A DNA stretch of 64,000 bases, from NCBI GenBank assembly GCA_907165135.1, contig OU015566.1:4340001-4404000 (forward strand), in the 5' to 3' direction. How positions within the stretch are numbered: the stretch's first letter is position 1; each line of letters starts with the position of its first letter. Positions 60,106-64,000 of this stretch are shown piece by piece. The translations under genes and the position numbers were made by a program. A model generated the notes under the pieces. That model did no database searches, had not been told where the DNA came from, and worked only from the letters and a program-made list of their open reading frames with translations. The stretch is from Oikopleura dioica (Eukaryota > Animalia > Chordata).

Positions 60106-63100
60106 CTAAAACTCGCATTCAAACTCATCGTCTTCCTTCTTTTCTTCCATCGATATTTCCGACATTCGGATTGATTTTTTCGACTTTCTCGATTTTCTCG
60201 AGCTCTTTGAAATTGAAGAGCGATTTGACTTGTTTATGCTTGCTTTTTCGTCGTCTGATTCGTCGTCAACAGCTTCGTCGAAGATTGCAGGATCGACGTA
60301 TTCGTAGTAAAAGATGGAAAGAAGGATGAAAATTGAAGTCGTTCCCAACATGATAATCGCGAGGTAAAAATATTCTTGAGCCTTAAATTCATGTTGATTT
60401 TTGAATAGACAAGTGAATCTACCTGATTGTCTCCCATTTGCGCAGCAACCAAGAAAATATCAATGATATTTCCAAAGCAAGTGGTCAGCAGCCAAAAAGA
60501 CTGGATGACTGCTTTCATCGTCTTAGGCGCCTGATTGTAGGCGAATTCCAAGCCTGTGACGGAAACAAGGACTTCAGAAATCGTGATGACAAAGTACTGC
60601 GGAAGAAGTAGAGCGATATTGACAGTGTTTGGATTCGAATCTCGATAGACCGAGACCTTGCATTCGTTTCCATTTGCGACGACCATGACGGTCCAAATCG
60701 AGCCTCCGGAAAGACCGTCTTCGTCCTTGGAGGTTGGATGTAAGATCCTTGAGTATTTGGATATTTCAAACCTGCAAAAAAGTTTCCTCCGATCTGCATC
60801 TCATAATTGGCTCGAGCTGGTCTTCCTTGAATTTATCGCTTAATTGTGACTCATAAGTATTGTCGTCAATCGCTATTAGATCGTCAACAATGACGTCGGC
60901 AGAATCGTAAAGAAACACGTCAAATCCATATGCTCCGCCTTCATTATCTTAAGAAAAATTTTAAATTGATCATCAACGGATGACAGCTACCTTGTTCAAA
61001 CTCCGCAGCATTTCCTGTATTAGCACAGTATGGTCCAGTATGCGTATCGTTTGACTTATCTGTCCTTTCATAAAAATATTCGAATTCGTCTTCTAACATG
61101 TTTTCCTTATACAATCGAGTCTGAATGGGGTTAAGAATTGATATAAAAGAGGATTTCTTACTCTCATGAAGTATTTCGTCGGGTTGACACTGATGACTTT
61201 GACTTGGAGATTTTGAGATTTTTCGTAAGAAGATGGGTACTGGAAATAATCGATTTCCTTCGTGTCTTCATTTCTGTAGACAACGAGGTTGGTAATTTGA
61301 TTTTCGTGGACTTCTACTCCGTTATTTTGGCATTTTGAACAACTAGTAAAAAATTAACGTGAGTTTTTTTCATGAAAGAAACCTGAGAGAAGTCGACTGA
61401 TTCGGAGCGTCACAGGATGATCCTCCTCCTCCACCTCCACCGGAAGTTGTTCCTGTTGTGTTCTTCAGATTTATTGTATATTCGTCATCGTTAATCATCA
61501 AACTAGAAGAATCAGCCTTCTATTCTGTGGATCACTTTTTACCTGAGATTTTCAGGCACCGTTTCATGAAGCCAAGCATGAGTTGGAGTTCTGGCAATTT
61601 TCTCCGATCCAAAAATTTTGTCCAAATCTTCAAGATCAATTGGGAGCGTGAATTCACAAACGTCATCCTCTTTGCAGAACTCTTCGTGATTATCCTCTTG
61701 TTCTTCTTTATACTTAGTGTTCTTCCAGTACTCGCTTGAAACTGTCATTTCTTCTTCCCAAAGAGCATTTGTGACGACAAGAGCATTGTCTGAGCCGAAA
61801 TCGGGGACGAGGGTTAGGTCAGATTGGATAGCCAGCTGGACGAAACCGGAAATGACGAAGGCGAGGGCGGCGATGACTTGACCTGCACACATTCTCTAGA
61901 AAGAAGAATAAGAAGAGTGAAACTTTCAAAAAAAAAATCTAGTCGAATAAGTCGAAAATCTAGTCGAATAAGTGGAAAAAAATCACTATCACTACGACTA
62001 AATTTCGAATTTTCGACTAATTTTCGACTTTTCCACTAATTTTCGACTTTTTCGACTAATTTTCGACTTTTTCGACTTATTTTCGATTTTCTCGATTAAT
62101 TTTCGACTTTCGACTAATTTTCGACTTTTCGACTATTTCGACTAATTTTCGACTCTTCGACTATAAATCGATTAAGTCGACTCGACTCGACTAGCGATTT
62201 TCAAAAACGCTTTCGAGTCGACACGACTCGACTTCTGATTTTCAGCTGTGATTTAGAACCCTGAGTGAAAGAAGAGGAAAGCCTTACTTACCCTCAGTGG
62301 CGTCATCTTGACAAAAATATTCAAGCAAGGGTAGATAAACAACTCAAAGCAGGGCAAAAGAAGTAGGATGAAAACCGAGTTGAAAAGTTGAACTTGATCT
62401 GGCCGCATTTTGAAGCTCTTCCCCCAGTACCCGTCCATCTGAGTAGCTGTCAGTGTCCAGCGGCTGCCTTGCATGTCAAACAGCGCCCAGAACATGATAA
62501 TGGGAAGGTACATGACGACAATCGGCCACACCCACTTTGCATCTCGGATCATCCAACTTGGATACTTGCTCTTGTCGGCGTAGGACATCAAATCTGCATC
62601 TGGATCTCGCTCTTTTTTGTCAGTTTTGCAGCGATTTCGGAGCGCGTTCCAAGTAGCGCCGAGAAATAGGGAAAAGACATTTTGCCCCGTTGGAGGTTTT
62701 CGAATGTAGTACGGAGTTCCAACGAGGAAAAGAACGAGAGCAACCGCCATCAAAATCGATGGAACGGCAAAAGCAAGGACGTAGCTCAAGTCGCGAAGAA
62801 TGGGAGTTATGAAGGTGGAGCAAAGACTTCCAGCGTTGATGGCGAAGTAGAAGACGGTGAAAAAGGAGGCGATGTGTTTTCGGCCCCGCTCAGTGGAATC
62901 ATCGAACTGATCACCTCCAAGAGTCGACACACAAGGCTTGATTCCTCCCGTTCCGCAGGCAATGATGAAAAGAGCCGCCAATGCGAGTCCCATATTCACG
63001 GCTTGTCCAACTCCCGAATCGTCAAATTCCACCGCCGAAACGGCCATCAGCGCCATTCCAGCACAGTAAACAATCGAAAGGTAGAAGATGGTTTTGTACT

Positions 63101-63945
63101 TGCCCCAGTAAGAATCAGCCAGCATCGCGCCGAAAAGAGGGGTGAAATAACACTTTTGCGGGTTTTTCTTTTTCTCGATTTTCAAGGTCAAATATGAGAA
63201 AAGAGCAACCCTGTCAGAGCGGCAAAAGCGTGGTAAATCTCAACGGAGACGTCGTTACTGAAGCCAATAAAATAAGTCAAGTAGAGGACGAGAATTGAAC
63301 GCATGCCATAGTAAGCATATCTCTCGCAAAATTCGTTTCCAAGAATGAAAGCCACCCACCAAGGGTATCCTGAGCAGCACCCATCCCTCTGAAGAATTTT
63401 TTTGAAAAACCTTAATTGCAAATCGAGTTCAAAAGGACTGTAATATTTTGGGTCTCGAAGTGTTTGATATTTTATGCTAATTGAATTTATCGTGATTCCG
63501 CTCGGAGGCCGTTTATTATTATTAACGTTCACTAATATACAACTCATGAAATGAACTCACCAATGAATCATCGAAATCAGGGATCTTTTTATATTTTGGT
63601 TCATATAATTTTCTTGATATGTAATTTCTCAAAAGCGTTGCATATCTCATCATAATATCATTTCAAATATTTTTCTGTGAAACTTTTTTTTTGTTGTATG
63701 GTGCCTCAAGGCTATTCGAGCCGAAATTGATGAGCTAGAATGATTCATCTTTGTACTTAAAAATTCCACTCTCTTGCTAATTTTACCCCGAAAATTATGC
63801 CCGTTTTTGAAAATTTTAATAATTTCATTTTTGAGTCAAAAATTTTCACCCGTCAAGACTAACCCTAACTTTTCAAAACTCGACTTACTTCAACCTCTGT
63901 CTGATCCTCCACCACAAGCTCCTCCTCTTTTTTCTCCTCTCCCAT
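60106..63945 (-). CDS. SLC15A1/2: Proton-coupled oligopeptide transporter (POT/PTR2 family, PEPT1/2-like)
   Basis: MGEEKKEEE...|RDGCCSGYPWWVAFILGNEFCERYAYYGMRSIL (ExxERxxYYG), YFTPLFGAMLADSYWGKYKTI, GTGGIKPCVSTLGGDQF, FYFAINAGSL, FDMQGSRW, PQYFVITISEVLVSVTGLEFAYNQAP; stop at 60106. Confidence 0.95.
61940..62235. repeat. Intronic inverted/tandem array of AGTCGAAAA / TTTTCGACT(AA) units
   Basis: A short tagtcgaa run followed by many ttttcgact units, inside an SLC15 intron. Confidence 0.85.
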
Positions 63946-64000
63946 TTTCTTCAGTCAAAAAATTTCAGAAAAAACTAGATCTTTCCCGATTTTCCGTAGC

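Noticed and set aside
1-64000. tRNA, rRNA, 5S or spliced-leader RNA genes
   Set aside because: I recognised no cloverleaf or conserved rRNA/SL signatures by eye; a tRNAscan-SE/Infernal run would be needed to exclude them.

Overview
Eukaryotic, AT-rich, gene-dense genomic DNA. Most introns are very short (about 40-65 nt), several have non-canonical GA-AG or GC-AG ends, and larger introns are filled with palindromic MITEs. This pattern is characteristic of the larvacean tunicate Oikopleura (inferred, not proven). Hand-spliced genes from left to right: a catalytically dead PLA2-like secreted protein; a tandem triplet of ~63-aa secreted cationic peptides that the ORF track misses; an 11-exon type-2 malate/lactate dehydrogenase (Ldh_2) family gene with at least four GA-AG introns; a GPI-anchored Ly6/uPAR-like gene head-to-head with a GPI mucin-like gene; another small secreted protein; an intronless Pro-rich WH2-like ORF; two divergent head-to-head ninjurin-like genes; two paralogous coiled-coil orphan genes; an intronless prepro-protein with a fusion-peptide-like C-terminus; a small multipass membrane protein; a kinase-less ALK/LTK glycine-rich-domain receptor; a deleted pogo-like transposon; an astacin+LDLa+EGF+WxxW+trypsin+giant Thr-mucin mosaic protease; and a SLC15/PEPT peptide transporter. 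Several single-base frameshifts fall in homopolymer runs, suggesting long-read assembly errors. I saw no rRNA, tRNA or CRISPR. All gene models and family calls come from manual translation and motif recognition, with no database searches.
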